Part shown: in pieces, positions 63,561 to 64,000 of the stretch
Numbering within the stretch: the first letter of the stretch is position 1
How the letters are laid out: the number at the start of each line of letters is the position of its first letter
Source of the DNA: Octopus vulgaris
Lineage: Eukaryota
Direction: 5' to 3'
DNA length: 64,000 nt
NCBI GenBank assembly: GCA_951406725.2
Contig: OX597815.1
Coordinates: 11,098,001 to 11,162,000, forward strand
The notes under the pieces: model-generated
What the model was told of the DNA's origin: nothing
Seen by the model: the letters and a program-made list of their open reading frames with translations, nothing else
The model's database searches: none
Made by a program: the position numbers and the translations under genes

Positions 63561-64000
63561 TGCTCCAGCATGCTTACCTTACAAACAGTTGCTGGATCTT
63601 AAGAAAAACATGTAAAAATGAAATGCCACTCAAATCCTCTTGCCTTATATATCTCCGATTTTTGACTGTACAGTAATAAATATTTGTATTATCTATGCTG
63701 TCCTCACCTATAAATAAATAAAAATAAATATTTTACTATAAATTCAGCTGTAGTTCATACACGCTCGTTTTCAAACAATATACATATCGTAATGAAATAA
63801 ACTCTAGTGCTGTAATGGAAGCAGCAGCGCATTTACTAATGATATATTTCCTTAACTCATTAATAACCAATCGAATTCCGTTTCCATTGATCGCTTTAGT
63901 TAATGACTGTAGCATACTATGTGGATGCCAGGCTAAATATCAGGTAACTAGTGGTAGTTTGTATCGGTAAAATTTTATGGTTAAGAGAATTTGGGGCTTA

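Noticed and set aside
63343-63615. 90-aa ORF with hydrophobic segment, and a minus-strand 20-nt microexon near 63577
   Set aside because: Overlaps or abuts a frameshifted transposase remnant; splice motifs probably incidental

Overview
Eukaryotic, AT-rich, repeat-saturated DNA with no supportable intact host gene. The repeat inventory (tRNA-Arg-headed and Meta-domain-like SINEs, R4/Dong LINEs, very long TATG/TAA/TA microsatellites) points to an octopod cephalopod intron or intergenic region; this is inference. The window holds: (i) stacks of 5'-truncated R4/Dong non-LTR retrotransposons in (TAA)n, plus a fixed-length ~550 bp non-coding element that uses the same microsatellite in the opposite orientation; (ii) Penelope-like element (PLE) remnants and short hammerhead-ribozyme-like units and fold-back palindromes abutting (TA)n, including a tRNA-headed SINE that carries a minimal hammerhead and a PLE-style inverted 5' copy; (iii) two adjacent, mutually diverged ~1.7-1.8 kb elements encoding only a gag/ORF1-like zinc-knuckle protein, with a 3' tail resembling both a Tx1/L1-like LINE remnant and the commonest SINE here; (iv) a MITE with 8-bp TSDs and internal TTAGGG repeats; (v) mariner, Tc1, Tigger, Chapaev3-like, Helitron/Helentron-like, Gypsy, RTE and CR1 remnants; (vi) two weak minus-strand exon candidates. 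Family names come from motif recognition by eye, not database searches. Most ORF-track entries are microsatellite artefacts.
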